From an uncultured Erysipelotrichaceae bacterium (GTDB taxonomy: Bacteria; Bacillota_I; Bacilli_A; RFN20; CAG-826), in NCBI GenBank assembly GCA_902802355.1, contig CADCLU010000005.1, positions 664 through 64,663 on the forward strand: a stretch of 64,000 bases of DNA, written 5' to 3'. Below are positions 9,008 to 19,142 of the stretch, piece after piece (the first letter of the stretch is position 1; each line of letters opens with the position of its first letter). A program made the position numbers and the translations under genes. The notes below the pieces were generated by a model. It did not search any database. It was not told the DNA's origin and worked only from the letters and a program-made list of their open reading frames with translations.

Positions 9008-10972
9008 TTACTTGGTCGGAAGAGGAGTTCTGGTGCTATTTGGAACCCATCTGCTCTCAAGGTAGTTAACACGCTCGGCAAGCCATTTAAGGGTCTCGGC
9101 CTGAGCGCTTGCGCGATCGCTGACGTTGACGAATGGTCTTCTAAGCTCGCCGGAGTTGACGCCATCACCGTTGAAGTAGCTGCCGACGTTGTTGTCAGAA
9201 GCCTGGGTGGTTGTCCACTTGGTGAAGTTCTTGGCGTACTCAGCATCGTAGTACTTATAGAAGGTTCTGGCTAAGGACATCATCTTCTCGAATGTCTGGT
9301 TGGTTCTGACGGTGTTCCACTTTGGAATGACGTAGTCGTTCATGAACCAGCTCATCTTGCCAAGGAGTTGGAACCACATATTGGCGGTTCTATCCATGAA
9401 GTATGGATCTTTGCCATTGCTGGTCTGCCCAGCTTTCTCGATGAAGCCTCTTCTGTTACCGAAGTTGCTGTCGAAATCCCATGGGTTGTCGAATCTTAAC
9501 TTCTTATCGCCGGTGGCGGAGTTGTCGAAGGACATGTAGAAGGAAGAATAACCGACATCTGGTGGTAAGCAGACCGCGTTGATGATGAAGCCTTCGGCCC
9601 AAGCGTTGCAGTCAAAATGCTTTTCGATGGCTTGCTTGACGGTGGTGCCAGCTGGGGCAGCGATCATCTGGTTGTTGTCATTGATGTCTTTGGCGGAGTT
9701 GTTCTTGGAACCTTCGGCTAAGACTTTGAAGAGAGCCTGAAGTCTGTTCTTCATCCAAGTGACCTGGGCGCTGTTGGAGGCGTTAGTCTGCTGGTTGGTG
9801 CCAGCTGTGCTGTCGGTGATGTCAGAGTTCATGGTGTAAGTCGTGACAATACCTAAGCCAGAGTTGGCTAAGCAGCTCTCGATGTTGTAGCTGTTTCTGG
9901 TGAAGTAATTGCCGTAATCGATTTCGAAGGTTGGGTCACCCTCGGCGCCTTTCTGGGCTTCGTTACGGGCATAGTAGTCGAGTTCGAAGTTGTAGCCGAT
10001 AGCGGTCGATGTGATCGGGACGGTGGTTTTCTCACCGGTCTCTGGATCGATGACATCCTCTTCTGGTTCTGGGAGGTTGATACGGCCATCTTTGACCTCT
10101 TTTTGTTCAGCGAGCATATACATGCCCCAGTAAGTGTTGTTGAGATAGACGGAGACTGGAGTGTAGTCGGTGCTCCAAACCTTGGAATCATCAGCGATGA
10201 CGCCCTTGGAGAGCTCTAAACCTAAGGCAGTTCTGGAAATGGTGGTGTCCTTAGCATCTGCTAAGAGGACCCACTTCTTGAATTTTTTGTTGCCATTGAG
10301 GCCAAGCATCGACTGTTTCTTGTCGAACTTAATCTGGAAGCCTTTCTTATCGAAGCCAGCGGTCTGGTTGCCTCTGACCTTCATAGTGGCAGCAAGGTTC
10401 TTGGTGGTGTTGTATTCGCCAGCGTTGGTGATCGTGATGTTGCCGGAGACGGAAGGTCTTGTGATATCGGTGCTTCTGGCGGCAGTCGCGAAGTTGGCGT
10501 TTGGGTCGGTGGCATCAAAGGCGAATCTGATCTCTGGAAGAACGGCGTGGGTGCTGTCCATCTGTTCGTAACCGCAGGTTGAGCAGGTTCTGTACTTGAC
10601 GTTGGAATTAGCGAAACGCTCGTCGTTAAGCTTGGTGCCTAAGTTCTCTTCGACCCAATTGCCGAAAGTGTGGTTAGCGGCATCCTTCTTGTCACCACAT
10701 TCGGCACAGACGTGATAATGCTGGGAGGCATCGGCAGACCACTCGGTTCCGTAGTTGTGAACGTGAACGGATGAGGAGGCCTTGGCGGTTGAGCTCGAAG
10801 CGGCGACGCTTGAGACGGATGAGCCTGCGGTTGAGGCTAAGGATGAGGTTGATGGGGATGATGGGGCCTCTGATGTTTCTGGAGCAGCACTGCTGGCTCC
10901 GCCTTCATTGACACAGCTGACGGTCATCAAAGGGAAGGCAAGAATTGTCAGGACCTTGAAAAACTTCTTCAT
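9008..10972 (-). CDS. CotH kinase family lipoprotein
   Basis: Lipobox TVSC; Ser/Ala-rich linker; His/Cys-rich segment; KVRGNQT, KKGFQIKFD, KWVLLAD, VYLNNTYWGMY and PWDFD motifs. ATG 10972 fits the SD spacing better than 10981. Confidence 0.85.
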   Translation of the reverse strand: MKKFFKVLTILAFPLMTVSCVNEGGASSAAPETSEAPSSPSTSSLASTAGSSVSSVAASSSTAKASSSVHVHNYGTEWSADASQHYHVCAECGDKKDAANHTFGNWVEENLGTKLNDERFANSNVKYRTCSTCGYEQMDSTHAVLPEIRFAFDATDPNANFATAARSTDITRPSVSGNITITNAGEYNTTKNLAATMKVRGNQTAGFDKKGFQIKFDKKQSMLGLNGNKKFKKWVLLADAKDTTISRTALGLELSKGVIADDSKVWSTDYTPVSVYLNNTYWGMYMLAEQKEVKDGRINLPEPEEDVIDPETGEKTTVPITSTAIGYNFELDYYARNEAQKGAEGDPTFEIDYGNYFTRNSYNIESCLANSGLGIVTTYTMNSDITDSTAGTNQQTNASNSAQVTWMKNRLQALFKVLAEGSKNNSAKDINDNNQMIAAPAGTTVKQAIEKHFDCNAWAEGFIINAVCLPPDVGYSSFYMSFDNSATGDKKLRFDNPWDFDSNFGNRRGFIEKAGQTSNGKDPYFMDRTANMWFQLLGKMSWFMNDYVIPKWNTVRTNQTFEKMMSLARTFYKYYDAEYAKNFTKWTTTQASDNNVGSYFNGDGVNSGELRRPFVNVSDRASAQAETLKWLAERVNYLESRWVPNSTRTPLPTK

Positions 10973-11098
10973 GAAAAACATTCCTTTCTTAAGAAGGCAA
11001 CCAAAATGATTGCCCTCTTATTTCATTAAGATGTTGACTTGCAACTCCTATTGTATACGAATAATTAATCAATATAAACTGTAGTTTATTGGTGGAAG

Positions 11099-11128
11099 AA
11101 AAAACACGCCTTATGGCGTGTATTTTTT
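11099..11128 (-). terminator. Intrinsic terminator after rbfA
   Basis: acacgcc-ttat-ggcgtgt hairpin with A-tract on the + strand. Confidence 0.8.
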
Positions 11129-11137
11129 GTTGGTGTC

Positions 11138-11503
11138 TTATTTGCTCTCTTTGTGAGCCTTTTCGATCTGTTCCTCTTCTCTTTTAAGGGCGGCGTTGAT
11201 TCTCTCGTCCTTATAGAAAGTGTCATCGAGGAGGAAGGTGAGCTCAGGGACTTTGCGGAGGTCTATCTTCTTGGCTAAGGAACTCCTTACATAACCTTTG
11301 CAGCGGTTTAATTCGGCAAGGTTTTGCAGAGGATATTTCGCTCCAAGGAAGGAAACATAGACTTTCGCGAACGAATAATCGTTAGCGACGATGACCTCGT
11401 TGACCGATGGCATGCCGATATGCGAGTTCTTGAGCTCGAACATCAATATGTCGGAGATGTTCCTAGCGATGACGGCTTTGATTCTGCCATTCCTATCTGC
11501 CAT
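11138..11503 (-). CDS. rbfA: Ribosome-binding factor A
   Basis: DYSFAKVYVS and LRKVPELTFLLD motifs; follows infB. Confidence 0.95.
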   Translation of the reverse strand: MADRNGRIKAVIARNISDILMFELKNSHIGMPSVNEVIVANDYSFAKVYVSFLGAKYPLQNLAELNRCKGYVRSSLAKKIDLRKVPELTFLLDDTFYKDERINAALKREEEQIEKAHKESK

Positions 11504-11505
11504 AA

Positions 11506-13368
11506 CTACTCCTTATCGACCATCTCGTAGCCTTCGACGATGTCGCCTTCTTTGATGTCGTTGTAATTCTTGATCGAGATGCCGCATTCGTATCCTTCAC
11601 GGACCTCTTTGGCATCGTCTTTGAATCTCTTCAAGCCAGCGAGTTCGCCAGTATAGACGACAACGCCTGCTCTAAGAAGACGGATCTTGCTTCCGGCTTT
11701 GATGGTGCCGCTAGTGACATAAGAACCGCCGATGGTGCCGATCTTTGAGATCTTGTAGATGTGTCTGATCTCAGCCTGACCGGTGACCTGCTCGACCTGT
11801 TCGGCCTTATACATACCTTTGACGAGGGCCTCGATCTCTTCGAGTACTTCGTAGATGATCTGGTGGGTTCTGATTTCGACGCCGGCCTCATTGGCTTTGG
11901 CGGTGATGCGGGCATCTGGGCGGATGTTGAAGCCGTAGATGATGGCCTTAGAGGCTTGGGCAAGGAGAAGGTCGCTATCGTTGATAGCGCCAGCACTCGC
12001 AGCCAAGACCTTGATCTTGACCTGGTCGTTGCTTTGCTTCTCGATGTTGGCTTTCATGGCCTCAGCGGAGCCTTCCGTATCGGCTTTGATGATGATATTG
12101 ACTTCTTGGATCTTTCCGGCGTTGACGAGGTTGTTGAGATCGCTAAGAGACATGGCCGCACTGGCGCTTCTCTCCTGCTTTTGTTTCTCAAGGGCGCGTC
12201 TTTCGGCGATTTCTTTGGCTTCTTTCTCAGTTGGGAAAGCCATGAAACGGTCGCCTGCCATTGGGACGGCGGATAAACCGGTGACGGCCACTGGGGTGGA
12301 TGGGCCGGCGGATTTGAGGACGGCGTTATATTCATTTGTCATCCTTCTGATCTTGCCGTATATCTCGCCGACGACGACGTAGTCGCTGGCGGCGATGGTG
12401 CCGTTTTGGACAAGGAGCGTGGCTTTTGGGCCCTCACCCTTATCGAGTTTGGCTTCGAGGACGGTACCGATGGCGAATCTGTTTGGATTGGCTTTAAGCT
12501 CCATCATCTCGGCTTTGAGGAGGATGGCATCGAGGAGGTCGTCGATTCCTTTGCCGGTTTTGGCGGAGACTTCGACGGTCATGACATCGCCACCGTAATC
12601 CTCGGCGATGACGTCATGGGCCATGAGCTCATTCTTGACTCTGTCTGGGTCGGCTCCTGGCTTATCCATCTTGTTGATGGCGACGATGATCTCGCAGTTG
12701 GCGGCTTTGGCGTGGTTGATGGCCTCGATGGTCTGAGGCATGACGCCGTCATCGGCAGCGACGACGAGGACGGTGATGTCAGTCGCATCCGCACCACGGG
12801 CTCTCATGGCCGTGAAGGCTTCGTGCCCTGGGGTGTCGATGATGGTGATTTTCTTTCCTTTGTGGTCTTTCTGGTAAGCGCCGATGGCTTGGGAGATGCC
12901 GCCGGCCTCTTTGGAACAGAGGTCACTATGTCTGATGGCGTCGATGATCGAGGTCTTGCCGTGGTCGACGTGGCCCATGACGGAAACGACTGGGGCACGC
13001 TCAACTAAGGAAGAAGGATCATCTTCGATCTTGAGGTCTTCGAAATGCTCGGCATCGACGATTTCCTCTTTCTTGAAGTCATAGCCGTACTCTAAGCAGA
13101 TGGTGCCGATCATCTCATCATCGAGCAACTGATTGATGGTGACGGCTTTGCCATTCATGAACATGTATTTGATGATGGATGGGATAGGAACGTTGATGGC
13201 TTTGGAGAGCTCAGCGACCGTAAGCGGTTTGGAGTAGACGAAGACACCGCCGTTGACCTTGGCGAAATCCTCTTTCTTCTTCGGACGGGATTCGAAGTTG
13301 GCCTGACGGAAACCGCTATGGTTTTTGTTTTGGCCACCCTTCTTGTTATTGAACTGCGGTTTTTTCAT
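11506..13368 (-). CDS. infB: Translation initiation factor IF-2
   Basis: [27 protein letters not shown] and ECGI motifs. Confidence 0.98.
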   Translation of the reverse strand: MKKPQFNNKKGGQNKNHSGFRQANFESRPKKKEDFAKVNGGVFVYSKPLTVAELSKAINVPIPSIIKYMFMNGKAVTINQLLDDEMIGTICLEYGYDFKKEEIVDAEHFEDLKIEDDPSSLVERAPVVSVMGHVDHGKTSIIDAIRHSDLCSKEAGGISQAIGAYQKDHKGKKITIIDTPGHEAFTAMRARGADATDITVLVVAADDGVMPQTIEAINHAKAANCEIIVAINKMDKPGADPDRVKNELMAHDVIAEDYGGDVMTVEVSAKTGKGIDDLLDAILLKAEMMELKANPNRFAIGTVLEAKLDKGEGPKATLLVQNGTIAASDYVVVGEIYGKIRRMTNEYNAVLKSAGPSTPVAVTGLSAVPMAGDRFMAFPTEKEAKEIAERRALEKQKQERSASAAMSLSDLNNLVNAGKIQEVNIIIKADTEGSAEAMKANIEKQSNDQVKIKVLAASAGAINDSDLLLAQASKAIIYGFNIRPDARITAKANEAGVEIRTHQIIYEVLEEIEALVKGMYKAEQVEQVTGQAEIRHIYKISKIGTIGGSYVTSGTIKAGSKIRLLRAGVVVYTGELAGLKRFKDDAKEVREGYECGISIKNYNDIKEGDIVEGYEMVDKE

Positions 13369-13672
13369 CTTTTTCTCCTTTCTTGAGCTTAAGAAGATAG
13401 CTCATGGCGGCTTTTTTGCCGATGATGCCGAGGAATTTGATCTCAGCATGGCCTAAGGCTTTGCCGAGTTCCTTCGACGTGAAGGTCTGTGAGAGAGGTT
13501 TGTGGGCGCGTTTGATTCTCCCAAGGGTGCGAAGAGATTCTCCGCTATCGATGTCGGTAGCGGTTACCACGAGGGTGACTTCGCTCATTCTCCTATGAAG
13601 CTCCTCACCGATGATGACCTGGTGAGTCGGATATAAGAGACCTAGGAATCCTAACGCGTCATTCTGGCTCAT
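13346..13672 (-). CDS. Divergent L7Ae/YlxQ-like RNA-binding protein
   Basis: LGFLGL and ELGKALG motifs; conserved position between ylxR and infB. Confidence 0.7.
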   Translation of the reverse strand: MSQNDALGFLGLLYPTHQVIIGEELHRRMSEVTLVVTATDIDSGESLRTLGRIKRAHKPLSQTFTSKELGKALGHAEIKFLGIIGKKAAMSYLLKLKKGEKDEKTAVQ

Positions 13673-13908
13673 AGCTTCTCCAAGAGTTCCTCTTCTTCTT
13701 TGCTGATTGGACGATGGAGGTAACGGTTTAAGGAGCCTTTTTTGACGGCGTCCTTTCCACTACCCTTTTTGAGATAAACCCCTCGTCCTTTGAGGGTTTT
13801 CTCTTCATCAAGGATGAGTTTGTCATCCTTTATCACGAGACGGAGGAGCGTCTCACGCGGGAAACGCTTGCGTGAGACGATGTCCGTTCTGTCGTTGACT
13901 ATTTTCAT
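13669..13908 (-). CDS. ylxR: YlxR (DUF448) RNA-binding protein
   Basis: LLRLV and GRGVYL motifs; downstream of nusA. Confidence 0.85.
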   Translation of the reverse strand: MKIVNDRTDIVSRKRFPRETLLRLVIKDDKLILDEEKTLKGRGVYLKKGSGKDAVKKGSLNRYLHRPISKEEEELLEKL

Positions 13909-15752
13909 TATCTGAGATCGTCGTCGTACTCGTCGTTGTACTCGTACTCGAGATTCTCGTCTTCCTCGTTGTAGTAGTCGGCCTCATTCTCTTCTTCGGC
14001 CTCAACCTCAGCGAGTTCCTCCTCTGTGTAGATCGGCATGGTGTTCATGAGAGGCTCAAGAGGTTTCTCGTGGGCGATCTCTTTCTCACTGATCTTGCGA
14101 GGACGCTTCTCCTCTTTCTTGACGGAGTGCTTCTTGCCGGTCTCGACCTTCTTCTCGGTCTTGGTGTTGAGGGATTTCTCAAGCTCATCAAGGGAGGTTG
14201 TGGTCTTGACTTCGACTTTCACCTCTGGCTCTGGTTCCTTGACTGGCTCAGGTTCAGCGATTGGCTCAACCTCATCAAGGATTTTGCCAGGTTTGACTTT
14301 GGTGACAGGCTTCTTGGCGACAACGATTGGGGCCTCCTCAACGATTGGGGTCTCCGGAGCCTCTTCTTCGGCGGCAAGGGCGGCTTTCTCTTGCTCTTCG
14401 GCCTGACGGAGGGCTTCACGCTCCTCGGCGAGGCGGAGCGAACGCTCAGCGTAGTTGACACGCTCTTTGGCGCGCTTGTCTTCTTCGACTCTGGCTCTGA
14501 TATCTTCGATGGATTCGAATTCGATGCCATCATCGAGGGCTTTCTGCTCCTCGTAGATCTCGATGGAGTAGCCGGTAAGTCTCTTGGCTAAACGGATGTT
14601 GGCGTTCTTCTTGCCAAGAGCGACATAGTACTGATCGTCTTTGACGACGGCGATGGCGGATTTGCCTTCTTCCTCGGTCTCAGGTTTGATGGCTACGCCA
14701 ACGACCTGGGCTGGGCGGAGGGATTCGGCGATGTAGAGAGATGGATCTTCGCTATATGGGATGATGTCGATCTTCTCTTTCTCGTGGCTGTTGCCAAGTT
14801 GCGCGACTATCTTCTGGATGCGGCTTCCACCCTGACCGATGCAAGCGCCGGTTGGGTCGATGTCCTCTTTGGTCGAATAGACGGCCACTTTGGAACGGAG
14901 GCCAGCGATACGGGCGATGCCTTTGATGATGACAACGCCTTCATAGATTTCGTGGATTTCCTCTTCGAAGAGTCTCTTTAAGAAGCCTTCGGAGGAACGG
15001 GTGACTTCGATCTGAGGTCCTTTCTTGACGCCGTCGACATCGACGCTCTTGACCTCCTGGATATAGACCTTGATGGTCTCGCCTGGTTTGAAGTACTCAT
15101 CGCCGATCATGTCTTTCTTATTGAGTTCGATGACGGTTCTTCCGACCTTGATGGCGACACCTTTCTCATCGCTTCTTTCGACGATGCCGGTGAGCATCTC
15201 TCCGATGTGATCCTTGTAGATGTCATAGAGAGCGACTCTTTCAGCCTCGCCGATTTTGTTGCGAAGGATGGTGCGGATGCTCACGGCGGTGAGCTTCGTA
15301 AGTTCGTTGAGAGGGCAATAGATGCTATAGAAGTTGTTCAGTTTGATATTGGATTTCTCGGCCTTGACGAGGGCAAGAAGGTACTTGAGGTCCTCTTTCT
15401 CCTTCTTCTCTTCGCCTCTTGGGCGCTTGAGATAATCGATCTCCTCCTCTAAATGGGCGATCGTTTTCTCGCAATCCTCTTTGGCGTCTTCCTTGCTGAT
15501 CTCGAGGTAATCGTCTTCGACTTCCTTGACGATCTTCTTCTTCTGGCAAAGGGTGGCATGGACGCTGCCATCCTCCTCCTCGATGATCTTGGCTTCGACG
15601 ATGGCGTCGTCTCCGCCTTTGAGGAACTTGATGTAAGAGGTCTCCATGGCCTCCTTCAATGCGGCTAAGACGGAATCGCGGCTGATTCCTTTGCCTTCAG
15701 CGATGGCGTTGATGAGCTCGCTGAACGTCATTTCCTTTTTCTCTTCTTCCAT
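13908..15752 (-). CDS. nusA: Transcription factor NusA
   Basis: S1 and KH domains (IARIAGLRSKVAV, GACIGQGGSRI, EKIDII, NIRLAKRLTG); long acidic tail. Confidence 0.96.
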   Translation of the reverse strand: MEEEKKEMTFSELINAIAEGKGISRDSVLAALKEAMETSYIKFLKGGDDAIVEAKIIEEEDGSVHATLCQKKKIVKEVEDDYLEISKEDAKEDCEKTIAHLEEEIDYLKRPRGEEKKEKEDLKYLLALVKAEKSNIKLNNFYSIYCPLNELTKLTAVSIRTILRNKIGEAERVALYDIYKDHIGEMLTGIVERSDEKGVAIKVGRTVIELNKKDMIGDEYFKPGETIKVYIQEVKSVDVDGVKKGPQIEVTRSSEGFLKRLFEEEIHEIYEGVVIIKGIARIAGLRSKVAVYSTKEDIDPTGACIGQGGSRIQKIVAQLGNSHEKEKIDIIPYSEDPSLYIAESLRPAQVVGVAIKPETEEEGKSAIAVVKDDQYYVALGKKNANIRLAKRLTGYSIEIYEEQKALDDGIEFESIEDIRARVEEDKRAKERVNYAERSLRLAEEREALRQAEEQEKAALAAEEEAPETPIVEEAPIVVAKKPVTKVKPGKILDEVEPIAEPEPVKEPEPEVKVEVKTTTSLDELEKSLNTKTEKKVETGKKHSVKKEEKRPRKISEKEIAHEKPLEPLMNTMPIYTEEELAEVEAEEENEADYYNEEDENLEYEYNDEYDDDLR

Positions 15753-15768
15753 GTTTTGCTTTCCTTTC

Positions 15769-16230
15769 TTAGAACTTTATGGCTAAGCGCGCTTTGTCGA
15801 TGTTTGAACGCGCTAACGAGAGCGTCTTTTTGCGGCCTTTGACTCTGATTTCGAGTTTGATCTCCTCTTCTGTTACTTCCTTTAGGTCGCCTTCGAGGAA
15901 GTTGTACCCTTCGTAAGGGTTCACTAGGTGGACATTGACGAACTCACCGACGTATTTGGCGAGTTTCTCTAGACGAAGCGGTTTCTCAGAGCCTGCGCTA
16001 GAGACGTCAAGCATGTACGCTTCGTTGATGGGGTCCTCTTTATCGAGAAGAGGATTGATGATGTCGCTTACCTTCACGATGTCATCAAGCGAGATCGGCG
16101 CATCGCGGTCGACCACGAGATGGAGCGTGAGGCCTTCTTTGTTTCGGCTTAAGGACACATCTGCGAGCTCGTAACCTTCTTTCTCCAAGGTCGGCTCAAG
16201 AAGCTCCTTCACCTTATCAAGTAATCCCAT
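15769..16230 (-). CDS. rimP: Ribosome maturation factor RimP
   Basis: YMLDVSSAGSEKPL and IDKARL motifs; ATG 16230 with GGAGG upstream. Confidence 0.93.
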   Translation of the reverse strand: MGLLDKVKELLEPTLEKEGYELADVSLSRNKEGLTLHLVVDRDAPISLDDIVKVSDIINPLLDKEDPINEAYMLDVSSAGSEKPLRLEKLAKYVGEFVNVHLVNPYEGYNFLEGDLKEVTEEEIKLEIRVKGRKKTLSLARSNIDKARLAIKF

Positions 16231-16251
16231 TTGCCCTCCTAAAATTAGAAA

Positions 16252-16273
16252 GAGTGGTCCTAATGGGCCACTC
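16252..16273 (-). promoter_or_regulatory. rimP-leader-type hairpin
   Basis: GAGTGGCCC-att-aggACCACTC followed by T-rich sequence just before the rimP SD; resembles the Firmicutes rimP leader GAGUGG...CCACUC. Confidence 0.65.
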
Positions 16274-16328
16274 AATTCGATATGTATTGAGCTAGCGGAG
16301 CCGCTTCCGCGGGTCTTCCACCGCGAGT

Positions 16329-16357
16329 ATTATGCACTAGTTAAAGCGTATACGCAA
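16329..16357 (-). promoter_or_regulatory. Sigma-A promoter of the rimP-nusA-infB operon
   Basis: TTGCGT-17 nt-CATAAT on the minus strand. Confidence 0.7.
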
Positions 16358-16395
16358 GCGCATAAAGAAAAAGCGGTGACCTGCACCGCTATCGC

Positions 16396-17196
16396 TTATG
16401 AGAGTTCTGCCGTCTCTAGGTATCTTTCCCAGCCTGTTGGCAAAGTGATTTCGACCTCTTCTTTCTGTTCCAAGAAGAAACCGCATTCCCAGCTTGAGCC
16501 GTCTGGGTAATTCGCCTTTATCTTCGCCGATGTGAAAGCGAAATTGTCATAGCTCAGCTCGTAAACCTCAGTTGTGGTTTTTCTGTCTTTCCTAAGGGTA
16601 TCGACCGCTTTGATGGTAAGATTGCCTTCCCCTTTTGAGTAATACTTCGTCTCGGTCGTTAGTTTGTTATAATCATCGTCATCCACAATAAGGCCGAAGA
16701 TCTTGGACTTTTCCTCTTCGAAAACATATGGGTCGATGAGGACTTCAGGAAGATGTTTCATTCTCGCAAGGCCGTCATCGTAATAAGAGCGTTCGAAGTC
16801 GGTTTTGCTTTGTTTCAGAGAATAGGCATAAACATTGGGGGCGCTGCCTTCGTGAAAAAAGGAGTAATAAAGAACTTTTAGATGCTCTTCGTCATTGACC
16901 AAATAATACTTGTTTTGGCCCTTATCCCCCACGCTGACCTCGGCAGAGAATTCGCCATCGGCGTTGGAGCGTAACACGGCATGTTCCGTGGTGGTGACCT
17001 CTTTTCCGCCATTCGTCTCGTCCTTGGTGACCGACTTGTAATTGAGCCTGAGCTCATAATTCTCGATCTCGGTTTTCTGGAAAGCGATTGCATCCCTGAT
17101 GCTCCCCACTTCCGCGGTATCAACGATCTCAGGCCCTAGGCAAGAAGAAAGAACCGCAAGAGAAGCTAAACCAAATAATACATTCTGTTTTCTCAT
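16396..17196 (-). CDS. Lipoprotein, tandem paralog family member 1 of 5
   Basis: LSSC lipobox; shared motifs KYYSKGEGNLTI and ITLPTGWE. Confidence 0.85.
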   Translation of the reverse strand: MRKQNVLFGLASLAVLSSCLGPEIVDTAEVGSIRDAIAFQKTEIENYELRLNYKSVTKDETNGGKEVTTTEHAVLRSNADGEFSAEVSVGDKGQNKYYLVNDEEHLKVLYYSFFHEGSAPNVYAYSLKQSKTDFERSYYDDGLARMKHLPEVLIDPYVFEEEKSKIFGLIVDDDDYNKLTTETKYYSKGEGNLTIKAVDTLRKDRKTTTEVYELSYDNFAFTSAKIKANYPDGSSWECGFFLEQKEEVEITLPTGWERYLETAELS

Positions 17197-17216
17197 TCTC
17201 TGTTCCTCGCTTTCTC

Positions 17217-17303
17217 AAAGATACTCTTTTTGAGGAGGCAAAATCCAGCCCTTTGGAGAAGGATTTGCGGGGAATAATGAAAAAGCCGGGGGTTATTCCG
17301 GCT
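17217..17303. repeat. Intergenic repeat A1 (promoter plus upstream terminator)
   Basis: 87-nt near-identical copy of 18105..18191. Confidence 0.9.
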
Positions 17304-17308
17304 CCGTT

Positions 17309-18085
17309 TTAATAGTTTACCTCGAACTTCTTGTAGCCTAGGCTTTGCCAGTCGCTTGGGAGTTCGATTGTGATCTCGTCCTTCGGGTTCATCCTGATGT
17401 TATAGGTGGACTTGGTGTTCGTGTGCGATATTTCTTCCAAATAGACCCATTTGAAGGTGTTTTCATCATAGTGAACGGTGTAGCGGGCTACGTCCTTTTT
17501 TGACGAATCGTTATTATCTGTCCAAATTACACGGTCCACTTTGATGGTCAGGTTGCCCTCGCCTTCTGAGAAATACTTGACGCTCTCTGAGCGAGAAATG
17601 GTATGCTTTTCGAAATTCTTGATATACATGAATTCCCAAGCGTATTCAGGGGCATAGGCATTGACAGTGCTCGCCACTTTATAGATTTCCGTGGTTTCGT
17701 CTTCGCTTAATTCCTTCTCAGGCTTCAATATGCGCCAATAGTAGCTCATACCGAGAGCGGATTCTCTTGTGCCACGAAATGAAAGCATGTCCACTTCGAT
17801 CTTTTCACCCTCCCTATCGCCAACGAAATGGTAATGGCCGGAACCGTTACTCTTTTGCTCGAAAGTTGATTTTGATTTGACGGTGACGTTCTTTTGTTTA
17901 GCGTCATCAAATGACGTTTCCTCCGCTTCGATGAGTAACTCGTAATTCCAAATCTCTGGAGCATTCTCGGCGATGTGATTGATGGCTTCCTCGATCTCGG
18001 CTGGGTCGCTGATTTCCGAAGCGCCACCGCAAGAAGACAAAACGGTGAGAGGCAAGAGTGCTAATAGACAGAGTTTCTTTTTCAT
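17309..18085 (-). CDS. Lipoprotein, tandem paralog family member 2 of 5
   Basis: LSSC lipobox; KYFSEGEGNLTI and IELPSDWQ. Confidence 0.85.
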   Translation of the reverse strand: MKKKLCLLALLPLTVLSSCGGASEISDPAEIEEAINHIAENAPEIWNYELLIEAEETSFDDAKQKNVTVKSKSTFEQKSNGSGHYHFVGDREGEKIEVDMLSFRGTRESALGMSYYWRILKPEKELSEDETTEIYKVASTVNAYAPEYAWEFMYIKNFEKHTISRSESVKYFSEGEGNLTIKVDRVIWTDNNDSSKKDVARYTVHYDENTFKWVYLEEISHTNTKSTYNIRMNPKDEITIELPSDWQSLGYKKFEVNY

Positions 18086-18104
18086 GGTTTTCACCTACCG
18101 TTAA

Positions 18105-18191
18105 AAAGATACTCTTTTTGAGGAGGCAAAATCTAGCCCTTTGGAAAAGGATTTGCTGGGGATAATAAAAAAGCCGGGGGTTAGCCCGGCT
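18105..18191. repeat. Intergenic repeat A2
   Basis: Near-identical to 17217..17303. Confidence 0.9.
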
Positions 18192-18205
18192 AGATTGAAG
18201 GGTGA

Positions 18206-19015
18206 TTAGGCCGCTTCTTTGTTGATTAAGTCTTCCCAACCGCTTGGGAGTTCGATCTTGACCTCATCCTTGACGGTGAAGGTGATCTCGGCTTTGCTCT
18301 TGTTGCCTTTGTTGGATTCGCCTTCGATGACGGCGCTCTTCCAGTAATAGTTGTCATAGACAACGGTGTAGTTTTCACTGACGGCGTATTCGTCTTCGGA
18401 CTTGGCGCCTTCTTTGGCTTTGGCGCTGATCTTCAAAGTGAGGTTGCCATCGCCCTTGGAATAGTACTTGGATTCGACGGTGTACTCGGCTTCGCTATTC
18501 TCGGCGGTCTCCTCAAGCAAATCCTCGGCGCTGATGGTGTTCGGATCAAGGAACATCGAGGTGTAGAGGGTTGGAGCAAGGAGATAGAGGGCCGACATGC
18601 TGAAGGTAAGCTCATTGCCTTCATAGCCGTAGACGGTCTTCTCATTCTTCTTGGTATCCTCATCATACATATCGAGATAGAGGACCTGCTTATACTTGGC
18701 GTCTTTGACGAGATAGATTGTGCTCTCTTCTTTCTGATCTCCCTCTTTGGAGACGGTCTTGAGGTACATCTCCTCATTGGCGTTGGCGCGGAAGAGCATT
18801 TCGCTTTCCGTGGTGACGTTCTTCTTCGCGGAATCGTCATAGGAGGTGGCGCTGCTCTTCATGGTCATCTCATAGTTCTTGATGTCTTTGGTTTTGGCAG
18901 AGATGGCGTCTTTGGTCTCTTTCAACTTGGCAGAATCGGTGATTTCAGCACCGTCGCCGCAGGATGAAAGCATGAATGCGGGTAATAGGACTAATAAAGA
19001 AAACTTCTTTTTCAT
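18206..19015 (-). CDS. Lipoprotein, tandem paralog family member 3 of 5
   Basis: LSSC lipobox; KYYSKGDGNLTL and IELPSGWE. Confidence 0.88.
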   Translation of the reverse strand: MKKKFSLLVLLPAFMLSSCGDGAEITDSAKLKETKDAISAKTKDIKNYEMTMKSSATSYDDSAKKNVTTESEMLFRANANEEMYLKTVSKEGDQKEESTIYLVKDAKYKQVLYLDMYDEDTKKNEKTVYGYEGNELTFSMSALYLLAPTLYTSMFLDPNTISAEDLLEETAENSEAEYTVESKYYSKGDGNLTLKISAKAKEGAKSEDEYAVSENYTVVYDNYYWKSAVIEGESNKGNKSKAEITFTVKDEVKIELPSGWEDLINKEAA

Positions 19016-19142
19016 TAGGTATATATCCTTCCTTTGCTTACAATTTACTCTTTAAGTCGAAAGAAATCCAGTGAAGTGCTTGCATTTTGCTATTTTTTGT
19101 AGTGAGTGATTTCTCTCTTTTCTTTAAAAAGAAAAAGCCAGG

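Noticed and set aside
11631-15668. Many long antisense or alternate-frame ORFs over infB and nusA, and similarly over other genes
   Set aside because: Shadow ORFs caused by the host codon bias; no RBS or motifs, and they lie fully within confident genes.
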